Assembly (NCBI RefSeq): GCF_009914755.1
Contig: NC_060936.1
Length of the DNA stretch: 64,000 nucleotides
Strand: one strand, 5' to 3'
Origin: the human T2T-CHM13v2.0 reference genome, Homo sapiens
Shown here piece after piece: positions 42,847 through 57,330 of the stretch. The stretch's first letter is position 1; each line of letters begins with the position of its first letter. The translations under genes were made by a program, and so were the position numbers. The notes under the pieces were generated by a model. That model made no database searches, had not been told where the DNA came from, and worked only from the letters and a program-made list of their open reading frames with translations.

Positions 42847-44783
42847 GTAAGTGTTTGTTACATCATTATGACACAAGTCCAACATGAGTCTTGTGAATTG
42901 CATGCTAAATCTAATATTTGAGCAGCGTAACAACTTTGGGCCTAGAGATGTTATCAGTGGAGTTTCTTTATGTTTCCTAACTGTCCCCTCCTGACTGCCA
43001 GCTTTCTTATCTGAAGAACATTTTAAACAAATAAACTCATTCATTTTAAAGTAGTTAGTTATATATGCAAGTACAAATACTGTTTCTCAAAAACAGGTCC
43101 TTCCAAATGCATGTAAATCACATTTTCTTATGTCTTTTTATGTTTTTGAAAATGTATCCTGAAATCATAAAGCCATATTGAATTTATCTGAATCCTTAAC
43201 TTCAGTTAAGGTAAGAGCCATAAGTGTTTTTGACAATTAAGGTTGGAGCATCAAAATTTGAAACATAATTACAGTAGGTTTTTATCTTTGCAAGCAGCAG
43301 ATCCCAGAGATATTATGACCTCAGTTTTCCCCAAAAGACAAATTATTCATATTTGTTTTGTTTTCTTGAATTAGTGCATAATATAAATATCAAATCACAA
43401 AATCAAGGACATTAAATGAAAGTGTCTGTTAAAGGCATATTATAAATGAATCATAAGCCACACAGTTCTCTGTGATGTACGAAGTGGGCATTTAAAGAGG
43501 TGCTGATTTGATGCTTGTCACTGAGTAGCAGAGAGGACGGGGATGAGTATGTGTAGTTTACACCTCAATCATGAGGAAGTGAAGAACTTGTGCTGTTATA
43601 AGTAGTATGGCTGTGTGAGGAACTAGGGTGTTCTGCTGGATTTTGAGGAAGTATTTTCAAATCAATAGAACTTCAAACTTTTCTTCAGAGTGTTGGGCTC
43701 TACATGGAAAAACACATGAAATTAAAAAGTGGCACAAATGTTTAGTTAGTAGAACATCTGGCTAATTGGGATCAAATAATTCAACCATGTGGGAACGTTT
43801 TTGCTCAAAATAGATAATTGTGAATTGTTTCATATAGGCAAATGATTAGACAACTTCCTCTTCCTCAAATGTGAACGGACAGATGTGATCTAGAAGCAAG
43901 ACACTCTTTTGTGTAAATATTCCCTTTGGCCTAAAGCAAAAGTGGACAGACTTTAAACACCTGAGAGCAGAGCAGTGTGTGTTAAGATTGCAATATCTTA
44001 AGCTCTTGAGTTAAATGGAAAATGAAAAACAAAAGTGTATATTTGGAAGTTAGGAATGTTTTCTTTAAAATATAAAATAAAATTTTAGATTTAAGATCAC
44101 AAGAAATATTACTGAAGACTTATACTCTTCCTGGGGCTAAGGGAGGTGACAGTCGCTCATCAGAAAAAAAAAAATGCCCTCATTTCCTAACTTTTCTAAA
44201 AAATATAATACAAGTTCAGGCTAATACTTCCTGTATATGTGGGAAATTTCTAGGGGAAGCTAACAGGCTTAGAAATAAAGATGTGTTAAATAGACTACCA
44301 AAGTGTCCAATTAAGCAACACGATACCACCGTTATTGATATTCTAGCAAGAAATTACTAGCAATGTTTGTAAATAGACTTAGAAATGCATTTGATGAATT
44401 AACACTTTTATATCTTAATTTATCTGAATTTTTCTGTAATGTGAAAATGTTTTATTTAACTTATTTCTGGCATCTATTAGTAAAATTCTGATGATATACA
44501 AGCATTAATATTTTTCCATGGCCACTCAATTCATACATACCTTCCCTATCTATGCTTAGAAGGCAGTGCAAAATTAGATAGTAGCAATATTGATTATAAC
44601 CACAAGGTGGAGACAGATGTCATGTAATATGCAGTCTGCTCATATAAAGCACATTTTCTTAGACAAGAGTTTTCATACGATATAATAAAGACATCTGGAA
44701 TTTGTCTTGTATGCAATATGAAATTTGCTATTAAACGTGGAGTTAAAACTTTATGTCAATAGATCCAATAACAATGTTCATAA

Positions 44784-45362
<579 letters not shown>

Positions 45363-48300
45363 TTATAAGTTATTCTATATCCAAATGGTACATTTTTTAA
45401 TAAAGATGTTTGTTTTAACTTTTTGAATATGAAGATTTCTAGTTCTAGAATAATGTTTATAAAAATATACAAATCCATCTGGTGATGAGTTGACCTCTAT
45501 CACAACTAGTTTGCATATATAACTTGGGTGTGACCAAGCAAGGTGAGAGTTAAGAACTTTTAAAACTTACTGTATTATATTGATAGAACTCAGAAAGTAC
45601 TAACTTGAATATTATTATTCTAATTGCTTTTCCCTTTTAGTTATTAAAAATAAGAATACTTAAATTAATAACAAGATCTTTTACTGGCAGGATTAACCAA
45701 ATTATCTGTAATGTGTTCCTCGAATGCTTTTAAGTGGAAATATACTTTATACATTCTTTAACAACTCTGAGAGGATGAGTTACATAAATCAGTTCAGGAA
45801 TCTATAGAATCTGTAATACATAGTAAAGGTTTATTCACAATTAAAACAATTTCACTTCTATATTAAAAAAACAAATTGTTGAAAGTACAGTGGCTTTTCA
45901 TATGTATGATTTGTAAAACAAATTAGCTTTTTTAAAGTGATGTGACGCTTAATGAGAAGAAATCAGTAGAGAATTACAAACTGCACTTCAAAAGATACAT
46001 CTAATATCATTTTAATAATGAAATTTGAAAAAATAGTGTGCTCGTTTTACAGTCTCATTAAATGAATTAAAATATCAGCACACATTGTAGTAGGTTATCA
46101 TTGGCAGAGAAGGCTGAAATAGAAACGTTACAATGGGATGCACTGCCATCTGAACATTATGTCGAAGTGGAACGCGGAAACATATTTCTCAGAACAAGTG
46201 GTAAAATGAAAACAGCATCATTTGTAAAGCATTTCTTTTGAGAGTGCTTCAGTTTCTTCTCCTGATGACCTGCCATTCAGAAACTGACAATGAATAATAC
46301 ACTCTGACACCAGCATTTGTCAATTTGCCCAGAACCATATGAGAGTACTCTAGACAGATATATGTTCCGAAGTAAACCAAATACCTGTTAACTGTAAATC
46401 AAATCTTGTAGAAACCATGCCATGGTTCCTTTGGACATATACTTTGCATGCCTGAAGCAAGTTACCTTAAGAAATCATTCTTTTGTTTTACAAAACTTGT
46501 ATTAAAAAATTAAAAATGCAAAAAAGCTTAATATTATTAGGAATTTATCCATAGCTTTATTTGGAATCCAGTTTCTTTATTATGATCTATAAACATGCAT
46601 CATTTGATGGAGTTCCTTAGTGGAGAGGTGTTTTTCCATGTTGCTAAGAAACATGCCCCAGCACCAGAAGGGATACTACCTACCATCTTTTTGCCATTTC
46701 TCACCGTGATTCTTACATTGTACCTGTTTACTCACTGAACAGGGCTTCCTTCTCTTTGTCTAGATTCTAATCAGGTGTCTTCTGGTGTGGAAGCTTTGGC
46801 TTTTATTTACACACAACACAGAATTAATAAGATAGATGCCAAGGATTTAGCAACATTTTAATTCACCATTATACAGGTATCAGAGTTAATGAGAATTATG
46901 CATTAGTCTTTAAATTTGGGCAGCTTATTCAGCTAAAACATAGATGTCTAGCTCTTAAACACTTTGTTTTTTTAATTACTCTGAAATTACAATAAAGTCA
47001 AAGAACTGAACTGTTTTCTTTTCAAGCCAGTGCAAATGTGCTTTAGTTATTATTTTACTGGTGATCTAATTATGCATTTTAATGCTTTATTACTTAATAC
47101 TTATATAAGCCTAAAATACGTTGTTAATGTCATAATTTCAGGGATTTTAGTATTCTTTCCATGAGTTACCATAACTAGGTGCATATGTGTAAATATATGT
47201 ATATATCTATATCTATATATTTATATCTATGTATATATCAATTTATAAGACTAAATAGACTTGGCCATATGTGTTGTTGGTTTATGCATACATGCACAAA
47301 TATTGAGGTGTCCACAAAGTATATATGCCTGTACATAAATTACATACTGGCTGGTGAGTGAATGTAAGCTTCTCTAAATTGTACAACTCTCCACAGAGTG
47401 GCACTCTAATATTGCAAAGGTACAATATAAGCATGTGCAGAATGAACAGCTCTTCTAGGATCCCTATAAAACTCCACCCCATGTTTCTGTTGAGTCACTA
47501 TAAAATTGATGACTGAGGCAATACACGAGCAATTATTTATGCAAAGCAGTGTGAGGAGGTGCATGAGGATCCACTTAATACCAAGACATATTTAGATTTG
47601 ACTGCCACTTTTCTTCAACTTAATTTTTTTAAAGCATTTGGTATGTTGTTGTGGAATTAAAGTCCTAATTACTTATCAAAATAAGTGGCATAGCCACATT
47701 GTTTAATCATTTTCCTCTTTCCACCACGATCTGTGATGCTTAAAGTATCCTATATTCAGCAGGGACCATCTATATCACTGAGCACAATGCCTGCCATGCA
47801 GGAAATACTTCAGAAATGAATGGTGCTTTTGTCATCATTTTTGTTGTCACTTATTATATTTCAGAGTTGGAACCTAGTTTACTTTTGTCAAAGCAACGCA
47901 CTATTCAGTGAGGAAAAAGAGATAAGCGATTAAGAATCATCTCTATGTCCTTTCTCAGACTGATACCACTCTTGGTAACATGGTGCTAACTCTACAGCTA
48001 ACTGAGGTTCCAGAGAGAAATGTCCCACTATAAACTTTCCATATGCCTGTTGTGACTGCCACATTTACATCCATGTATTAATTTTAGAACTTGGTTGGCA
48101 TTGTTCCCAAGTCATCAATATTGTTTATTTACAAGATGAGATAACTAGACATTAGTTCTGTGAATTTAGATGTTTTGCAAGTGTGAACGAATATCTATTC
48201 TCACATCAACTCAGAGGAACAGGTGCAAGTAAGATGCTAAAGAAGAAGGTATATAATACCTGAATAAAGTGTCTTGTGTGATGTTCTCCCCATTTATATC

Positions 48301-49811
48301 CTGCTCACCAAGGAAGAAGGAAAACAAGGAGTTACCCAATTAACTTGACTGTGCGATAAATGTGGCTTGCTGGAGAGCCATTTCAGCAGAATTTCTGGCA
48401 TGCAGTAAACATGTGGAAAGAAGAGACAGTGAAAATCTTCCGAATGTTTGAGTCAGATAAAAATGAGTTCCAATTTAGATTTTGTTTTTTCTAAGTTTTG
48501 CCATATGTATGATTGAAAACAAATTATCTTTCTAAGTTTTCATTTTCTCATTTTTAACAAGAGAGATCATAAGCATATTGTAGATTATTATGGGTTTAAA
48601 TGAGATACCATGTATGAAGTACTTATTATGTACTTGGAATAAAGTAAGCAGTAGATGAATAATATTATTTGGTTATGGTGGAGTTGGCAATGGTGAATGT
48701 AGGTGAGGTATAAGAAGAGGAAGCAGAAGACAGGGAGTGGAAGCAAATTGCTATTTGGGGACCATAGACATGAGGTAAGGCTGTAAGCAGAGATAGCCCA
48801 TAAAAATGCAAGATACAAATCCATTTTTGGAATGCCTTTAAATATGTGCATTAGAAATCTGTTATTTTCCCCATGCTGAGATTCATTCATAGTCAGAAGT
48901 TGAGTAATCAACATTCAGAAATATGTCATTGAGACCAGGCTACTTACTCCTGAATATATAAATGGCAACGATTATAATTTGTGACTACATTCATTCTGTA
49001 GAAACTACAGGTGCTGCCATTTCAGCTGCTGTTGTGCAATCTTTACTGTGAGGAGTCCAGAGAGACTCTTATTATTCCAGTGCCTTCCTGATGCACAACA
49101 ACCTATGATTTGCCCTCTTAATGAAATCTGAAGCATCTCATTGCCTCTGTATAGGGACAGGCTGTGGACAGATTTAGAGCGGAGCTTCAGGAAGTATCTT
49201 ATATGTGTGTACTCGCCTGAGAATGATGTTACAGCTGCTGTTATGACTATTACTGTGGGTTGGATGTGGATGTCATAATTCAGAGTCCCTCTTGTTTCAG
49301 TTTTGGGTGCAGTGATGTTGAAATTCCTCTTCTGTACTTGAACTTCTATAGCAGTCTTCTAGCTAATGTCTTCAACTTGTTTCTCTTTTCTAAGGAAAGA
49401 GCACCTTCTCTTATGTCCCTTGTTCATCAGCCAGTTAAAAAAGCATCCTGACTGGTTCTTTTCTACCCTCTCCGATCAACCCCACCGAAGCTCCCAGGCA
49501 CACTCTTACTTCTTAACCTAGTTGTAGATGCACAGAAGATACATACCAAGTATGTGGACAAAGAGATGAGAAAAAATGACATTAGGGGAACCTGAAGAGT
49601 TTATTTTGGTTTTAGAGATTATTTGAAGCAAACTGCTAAACATCCAGGTGAACTCAGAGCTAGCCAAGGTTCTGAAAGTTCAGTAAAAAATGTTAATATT
49701 GCATAGCTATGAAACATTTAATGAATTTAGCAATTTGGGGGACTGTGTTAAGAAACAGCCCTTTAAAACTGAAAAGGCCAACAGTTTTCAGAATTTGTGA
49801 GTCTACTCAAC

Positions 49812-49977
49812 CCTTGCTACTCAAAGTATGACTTGTGTGTGAGCAGCAACGGCATCATTCAGAAGATTGTTGGCAATGCAGAACCTCAGGGCCCACTGCA
49901 GACCTGCTGTATCACATGTGCATTTAACAGGATCCCCAAGTATCATGTGTGCACATTAAAGTTTTGAGAATGACTGT
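49812..49977. mobile_element. MER5B-like MITE
   Basis: ccttgctactcaaagtatg ... tgcagaacctcagg ... catttaacaggatcccc ... cacattaaagttttgagaatgactg. Confidence 0.75.
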
Positions 49978-50286
49978 GGTAAACACTTAGAATGTTTGAC
50001 ATTCCAAGAAAATTATAGAGCTTGGGCTGTAGAGTGACAAGATGTGGGGTCAAAGCCTAGCTCCACCATACACTCCTCATTAGATACCTAAATCATTGAA
50101 TGAAGCTTACTAAGCTCTGGTTTCTACAAATGGGAATTAGGAATATGAGCCCTTCCCACTTCAATGGGCTGTTGTGAAATAATGCAGTTAGAGAACCTTC
50201 AATAAAATGTCAGTTAGCATAATTATATTTGTAATAATTATTCATATTATATTCATTATAGAATAAAGCGAAATATCATAAATAAC

Positions 50287-50381
50287 TTTTTTTTTTGAGA
50301 GAGAGTCTTGCTCTGTCATCCAGGCTGGAGGGCAGCAGTGAGATCTCAGCTCACTGCAACCTCTGCTTCCCGAGTTCAAGC
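50287..50381 (-). mobile_element. Alu 3' fragment (~95 bp)
   Basis: Poly-T then gagagagagtcttgctctgtcatccaggctggag ... gttcaagc. Confidence 0.88.
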
Positions 50382-50788
50382 ATTATACAACATATTTTTA
50401 TAGGGCAAGGTGGAATATCCATTTACTAGCATGGGCTACAGTGGTGGTTGGAAAATAACAAAGAGAATTGCTTAGAGGAGGGATAGTGTTTTGTTCATCT
50501 TTGGATATCTGTGACTAGCAAATTTATTTGGGTAAGAGTAATTTCAGAGGGGAAAATAAACACGTCCCCCCACAGCCCCCACCCCAGAATCAATGCCTCT
50601 CAAACACTCTGCATTTTTGAAATATGGTAAAAAAAAATCACATCAGAGAAGTGATTGATGCTGCAGTCTCTTTTCAGTTCAGAGGAGAGAGACTTCTATC
50701 CATCAATAGTTTGGAAGTTCTCAATTATGTAATATAAATGATCAAGATTAATCGCCTTTTCTTTATTTTTCTTCTAAACAATGTCCAG

Positions 50789-51815
50789 ATTCCTCCAAAG
50801 GACCTCAATCGTCTTCAGGTGTAAATGGTAACGTGCAGCCTCCCAGTACTGCTGGGCAGCCTCCTGCCTCTGCCATCCCTTCTCCAAGTGCCAGCAAGCC
50901 CTGGCGCAGCAAGTCCATGAATGTCAAACACAGTGCCACCTCCACCATGTTGACTGTAAAGCAGTCAAGTACAGCCACCTCCCCCACACCATCTTCAGAC
51001 AGACTGAAGCCACCTGTCTCAGAAGGGGTCAAAACTGCTCCCTCAGGACAGAAATCCATGCTTGAGAAATTCAAGCTAGTCAATGCCCGGACTGCTTTAC
51101 GCCCCCCGCAGCCTCCCAGTTCAGGACCTAGTGATGGTGGGAAGGATGATGATGCCTTTTCTGAATCTGGTGAAATGGAAGGTTTTAACAGTGGTCTGAA
51201 TAGTGGTGGCTCAACAAATAGCAGTCCCAAAGTGTCACCTAAGTTGGCCCCTCCAAAAGCTGGAAGCAAAAATCTCAGCAATAAAAAGTCTTTGCTACAG
51301 CCAAAGGAAAAAGAAGAAAAGAACAGGGACAAAAATAAAGTTTGCACTGAAAAACCAGTCAAAGAAGAGAAGGATCAGGTGACAGAGATGGCTCCAAAAA
51401 AGACCTCCAAAATTGCAAGCTTGATCCCTAAGGGCAGCAAGACAACAGCAGCTAAGAAGGAAAGCTTAATTCCGTCTTCCAGTGGTATTCCAAAACCAGG
51501 CTCTAAAGTTCCAACAGTAAAGCAAACCATTTCACCTGGCAGCACAGCAAGCAAAGAGTCTGAGAAATTCAGGACTACCAAGGGGAGCCCTTCCCAGTCC
51601 TTATCTAAGCCTATAACCATGGAGAAAGCAAGTGCTTCTAGTTGTCCTGCCCCTTTGGAAGGAAGGGAAGCTGGCCAAGCTTCTCCTTCTGGTTCCTGTA
51701 CCATGACAGTGGCACAAAGCAGTGGGCAGAGCACAGGAAATGGTGCTGTCCAACTCCCTCAACAGCAGCAACATAGCCACCCGAATACCGCGACAGTGGC
51801 ACCATTCATTTACAG
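50789..51815 (+). CDS. NAV3: NAV3 large coding exon (1027 nt; probably exon 8), Ser/Pro/Lys-rich with SxIP motifs, ending HPNTATVAPFIYR
   Basis: Acceptor tgtccag| and donor ACAG|gtaagg. Overlaps the 328-aa ORF 50833..51819. KPWRSKS, QKSMLEK, SKIASLIPKG, SGIPKPG and HPNTATVAPF are navigator-family motifs. Confidence 0.98.
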
Positions 51816-52224
51816 GTAAGGTGGCCTCTGTTTATCCACAGTTGTAAATATATTTACAGGCCTACATACTCAGAGTGTAATAGGGAAGGCTGATAAAGTG
51901 GTGCTTTATGTCGTCATTTTGGAGTAAAGTTTCATGCTAAAGATAGAGGCCTAGAATTCAGTGCGGAATCTTAGTCTGGAAAAAGACTTCCAGTAGGATC
52001 TAGTTTTATTCCCTCTCTCATTCCCTGTCAGCAATTGAGACCTTCAAAAATTGAATTACTTGTTATCAAAAGCCGGCTAGAAACCAGATGCCACAACTTT
52101 CTCTTGTGTTTATTCATATTATTGCTACTACTATACTGCTTCTATTACTAGCGGCAGACTTTTAAAATAATTCTCACTTTTACATCGTTTACGGTTATTT
52201 TTGTTGTCATCTTTGGGAGAAAGT

Positions 52225-52470
52225 ATACCATAATGGTTAAAGAGGCAGCCTCTGAAATGATAAAGTTGCGGATTTCATTCCTAGTTCTGCCACTTTTCAG
52301 CTATAAGACATTGGGAAAGTTACTTAACATTCTTTAGTCTCATTTTCTTCAGCTGTCAAATAGGAACCATGCACTACTTTGTAGAGTTGAGACTATTAAC
52401 AGAGGTCATGCATATAACATGTTTACTGTATATCCTGATGTGTTGCAAATGTTCTTCAAATGTTATTTAT
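52225..52470 (+). mobile_element. MIR
   Basis: ataatggttaaagag ... ttctgccacttttcagctataagacattgggaaagttacttaac ... tcattttcttcagctgtcaaatagg. Confidence 0.75.
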
Positions 52471-53707
52471 AAGATATTACTTTCTCAGTGTAAATTTTAT
52501 ATTAATTTCCCACAGCAAGGCATAGGTTTCTAGGTAAAAGGGGTTACATATATAATTTGTATTACTTATTTGGGTTGTATTACTGATTTGTTTTTTTTTT
52601 ACCTTTTATTTATTTATTGTTTATTTTACTTTGCATTCTTATTTTGTAGGCATTGAAATACACAATATAAAATTTTTAAATGCATTATTATGCATTTTAA
52701 AATATGCATCCTACCATCCAAATGGTAAAGACAACACTTTGCTTGTTGTTCTGTGATTTGTTTTAATCGATTAGAGATATGTCAGTAACTGCTGTGTCCC
52801 CAGTTTATTCACTGCTTGGTTGGTAAGGAGATGGCCTGGGGAGCAATAATGTCTGCTTTGTCCCTCTTTCGGGCAGGTTGGCAATTTAACTACAGAAAGA
52901 AAATTTTATGAATAGGAAGCAGGACCCACTATAATTAAGAAAGGGTCAAAACTATATAGTTTAAAATTTTATTAAATTTTTTGAATGTAAAAGTTTTTAA
53001 AATAAAGCAGTTTATACTGATTTATTTTTTTGCTCAATGAGGAATGTAAGTGCTTTTTTTCTGAGGTTTTTTATACACTCAGCAAAACAAAATTATTATA
53101 ATTATTACATTTAAGCTCTTGGGACATTACAATTGAATGTTGCTATTCTGACTTCAATAGTACTAACTCATTTAAAATACTTGTATTTGGATCAGATGGG
53201 AGTCTGCAGCTCCTTCTGACTCCAGGGTCCCTGTTTGACAAAGCAGAATTTAAGATGTCAAAATCATGATCCACATTTCAAAAACGTGAGAAAAAAAATC
53301 ATGAAGTTTTAAATATGTCATACTCAGCACACTTTTGGATTACAAATATATTCTGTAAAAACATCAATCCTTTCAAAAAATCACAAGTGAATTTCATAGG
53401 AAAGTGTAAATCTAGAACTGCTAATTTAGTAGGCTTCTTTCTATAAGTAGCAACAAGCTTTTAAAAAAATTGTTTGCAATAAAATATCCAGTGGAAACAA
53501 ATTTAGTGGTTTCCATTTGAAAATGTAACTTTTAAATATCAAAAACAGGAAGCAGCACAGCAGCACAGCTTAGAAGTTACAGTGTGGATCCGCTGTGTGA
53601 ACCTGATGAGTTCTTTGAGAAACTCTTTGAGTTTCTGTTTGACCTCTTTAACAACAAGACTATAAAAGTGAGGCAGTGTAGCCAAGTAGCTAAGAAAAGA
53701 GGCATTA

Positions 53708-53816
53708 GAGAGGCTGAAGCAGGAGGAGAATCGCTTGAACCCAGGAGGTGGCAGAGGTTGCAGTGAGCTGAGATCGTGCATTTGCACTGCAGCCTGGGTA
53801 ACAAGAGGGAAACTCA

Positions 53817-53851
<35 letters not shown>
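53708..53851 (+). mobile_element. Alu 3' fragment with long poly-A
   Basis: gaggctgaagcaggaggagaatcgcttgaacccaggagg ... aaactc followed by poly-A. Confidence 0.88.
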
Positions 53852-53852
<1 letters not shown>

Positions 53853-53899
53853 GGGCGATAGAATATGTCTTACTCTACCATTGTTCAGAAACAGCATCT

Positions 53900-54245
53900 T
53901 GTGGTGGTGGTTGCCTAGGTGGGAATCTCAATGCCACCACTGATCAGTTGTGTTACTTTGGGTCATATATGTAAAGATTCTGACCCACAATTTCCTAATC
54001 TGTGAAATAGGTATGATAATTGTAGAAGCTACCTCATTAGCCTATTTTGAAGATTGAGTTGATATTTATCTGTAGAACAGTATCTGCCACATAGTAAACA
54101 GCCTTCCCTAAACTTCACTTTCTAATCCTATAAAGTATGATTGATAAAGGATGCCTACCTCGATTGATTGTATGAAAGATTAAAGAAAATAATCCCATGT
54201 AAAATTTTTAGCACACAGCCAGATTTTGAGCAAATTACATGAATA
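53900..54245 (+). mobile_element. Two adjacent MIR fragments
   Basis: Two successive tttc(c)taatc ... ctacctc ... gaagatt MIR cores. Confidence 0.55.
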
Positions 54246-54304
54246 TCAGTAATTATTTTTATTATTATCAACAATATAAGATAGCTAAAAATAAATGAAA
54301 CTAT

Positions 54305-54440
54305 GGTTGGCATGGTGGCTCATGCCTGTAATCCCAGCATTTTGGGAGGCCAAGGTGGGAGGATGACTTGAGGCCAGGACTTTGAGACCAGCCTGTACAC
54401 CAGAGCAAGACCCTGTTTCTACAATAAATAAATAAATTAA
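54305..54440 (+). mobile_element. FLAM / free left Alu monomer
   Basis: Single monomer ending gagcaagaccctgtttctac with an A-rich tail; TSD-like aaataaat(g/ta)aaact. Confidence 0.85.
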
Positions 54441-56094
54441 AACTGTCTCATAAAATTTCACATTGAAGTCTATATATAAAGTAATATTCATTCAAAGTTT
54501 TTAAATCAATGCAGAACAATTTTACAAATAATATGTAAATCCTCAAAAGGCAGAGTGGTTAATATTCATTCTTTTCAGCTTTCAGTAAAAGCTTGTTTAT
54601 AGAGTCATGACATTTGGATTATGTAACCTTTTATGTTCTTTCTGACTTTCACTGTTCTATCCCCATGTAAGAATCCCTCCTATAAAATCCCTGACAATTA
54701 TTTTTGGAGTTGCTAATCATTTGATGAGATAAGACTAATAATTTACTTTTTGATGTTGGTATTATCATTTGTTGAGTGCTTACTTAGTGAAAATCTTTGT
54801 GTCACAAAATATATGTGAATTTTCTCATTTAAACTTCATCATGAACTCATGAGAAAAAATGTCATCCCCCATTTTCCAGAAATGAAGAAGCAGAGATATT
54901 AAGTCAGAATAGTAATAATCTCTTCAGATCATAAAGCTAGTAGAAATTTGCTTTGCTTATCAGTTCTATCTATGTGACAGAAATAAGAGGTATTGTTACT
55001 GAGAAAATTCTGGTTAGGAAAATGCCAATAGTACACTTGCAAAATTCTCAATCAGAACTCATTTATAATTGAAAATGGTAATTGCTGTTAATTAGTATAA
55101 ATTATATAAATGTATACAGATACATATATATATGATATGTAAATATAATTAAATAACTTTTATATAATGGGAAGATTGATGGCTGATGGTGACTTTTTTT
55201 CTCAATTCTAGGTCAGTACTTATTCCTTCTGAGACTTCAATAAATGCTTCATAGTACTCTTTGTCACACACTGGGTGTTCAGAGTTCTATAAATATAATG
55301 TGGATTCTGGAAGTTAATAGATTTCCTATTAGCCTAACTTCCTATCTAATATAAATTATTCTGTACATAGTTTCAGTAATTCAATTATCTCTACAGAGTG
55401 ATAAAGTAGTTTCAAATTTGCTGTTATTCTTATTCATTTATCAAATAGATATAACTAAGACAAAATGTCAAGAATTAAAGAAAATATTTTATTTTGGTTT
55501 AAGAAGTTCCTGATAACTAGAGCTACCTGAAATTGGAATAGGCTGCTTTTTATAGTGTTAAGATGGCCATCTGAAGTATTTAAAAAGTGGCAAAGTGACC
55601 AGTTATTACAGTTTAAGCAAAGGGAAATTGCTGCATACTTTTTCATTTATGTACTCATCCCTCATTCTACAAATACTGTGTAACAGAAGATACAAAGATT
55701 TTTTAAAAAAATCTCTGCCTTCTGGGAGCTCAGTCTACTAAGGGTAGTAAGAACAATATCATCAAAAATATTAAACCATTACTGTTATGGAAGTGTATGC
55801 AACATACACAATTAATGTAGAAAAAAAGAGGGTTTTTTACAAATCTGGCAAAATGGAGTAAACTAATGCATCACCAAGAAGTTAAGATAAGGGTAAGGCA
55901 TAAAAGATGAGTTACAGTTTGTCACAAGGAGGTAAGAATGTTGTGCTATCATCCGAATTTGATATTCTACAATTTTATAATCCAGGCATGATGGGAAAAA
56001 TAATAGGTAAATTGTGAGCTGCTATGCAAATACTAGTAACTGGAACTGCTATAGACACTAATGGTTAGGATTTGTAATTATATGAATGAGAGAC

Positions 56095-56474
56095 TATATT
56101 AGTCAGTTTTCACACTGCTATAAAGAAATTCCTGAGACTGGATAATTTATAAAGAAAAGAGGTTTAATTGGCTCACAGTTTTGCATGGCTGGGGAGGCCT
56201 CAGGAAACTAACAATTAAGGTGGAAGACGAAGAGGAAGCAAGGCACGTCTTACATGGCAGCAGGTGAGAAAGAGAGGACATGGGAAACTGCCATACACTT
56301 TTAAAGCATCAGATCTCATGAGAACTCACTCACTATCAGGAGAACAGCATGGGGGAAACTGCTCCCTTGGTCCCATCACTTCCCACCAGGTCCCTCCCTC
56401 TACACATGGGGATTACAATTCAGATCACAATTTGAGATGAGATTTGTGTAGGGACACAGAGCCAAACCATATAA
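56095..56474 (-). mobile_element. THE1 (THE1C/D-like) MaLR solo LTR
   Basis: tatattagtcagttttcacactgctataaag ... gacacagagccaaaccatataa; 5-bp TSD gagac/gatac. Confidence 0.92.
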
Positions 56475-56519
56475 GATACTAAAGAAGAAAAGAAATGGAA
56501 ATAATTTAGATTTTGTTTT

Positions 56520-57330
56520 TCTCTTTCAATGACCCCTTCTCCATACATCAAATTTTCAGCTAGTCTTCCTAACCCTTCTTCTGAAACATACCCTCAATCA
56601 GACTTTCTTTCCATTTCCAGCCCTTGTCTCCTAGTCCAAGCCACAACACCACCAATTCTCATCTAGTTTCCAATGAGTCTCCCAGCTTCCACTCTGGGCT
56701 CTTTGCAGTAACATCCTTCACACAGATGGCATTTTGACCTTCTAAAAGCGTAAATCATATATCTTATTCTAATTAATGAAGCCATCTATTAGGTTTCCAT
56801 TACATTAAAAAAATAAAACTCAAACATTGCACCATGACCCTCCAGGTTCTAAGTAATCTAATACCCTGTTCACAATTGATCCCCACAGCCACATGCAGTC
56901 CCACCTTCCCCCAGCACGTTGTATCTCAGCCTTCATCCTCCTTCTCAACAAACCAACCTATATTGCTTTAGAACATATCTTTGGCATATATGTTCATTTA
57001 TGACTGTAACAACTGTCTTCTAGATCACTGCAGGCCTGTCTTGTTATTAGAGCTCTGCTAATCTCCAGCCATCTCCAACCACCTACTCCAGGGGAATATA
57101 TATTATGCGCCTTCTCAGAATTCTATTTAATCATCCTCTTGTATTTTCTTTACACAGTTTATTACTATCTGTTCTTTTCTTGTTTACTTATTAACTAGTG
57201 TGATTTCAGCCACCTCCTAATGTAATGTAAGTTCATTGAAATTAAGAGTCTTGTCTTTCTCATTTAGTAGCATAATTGCCCAGTACAGAGGCCACCTACA
57301 GTAGATACCAAATAAAAATTGTTGAATGAA
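56520..57330 (+). mobile_element. L2 3' region
   Basis: Ends in the L2 tail taatgtaagttcattgaa ... aataaaaattgttgaatgaa. Confidence 0.65.

Noticed and set aside
50805-51734. Antisense ORFs of 185 and 119 aa
   Set aside because: Shadows of the real + strand coding exon, with no independent gene signals.
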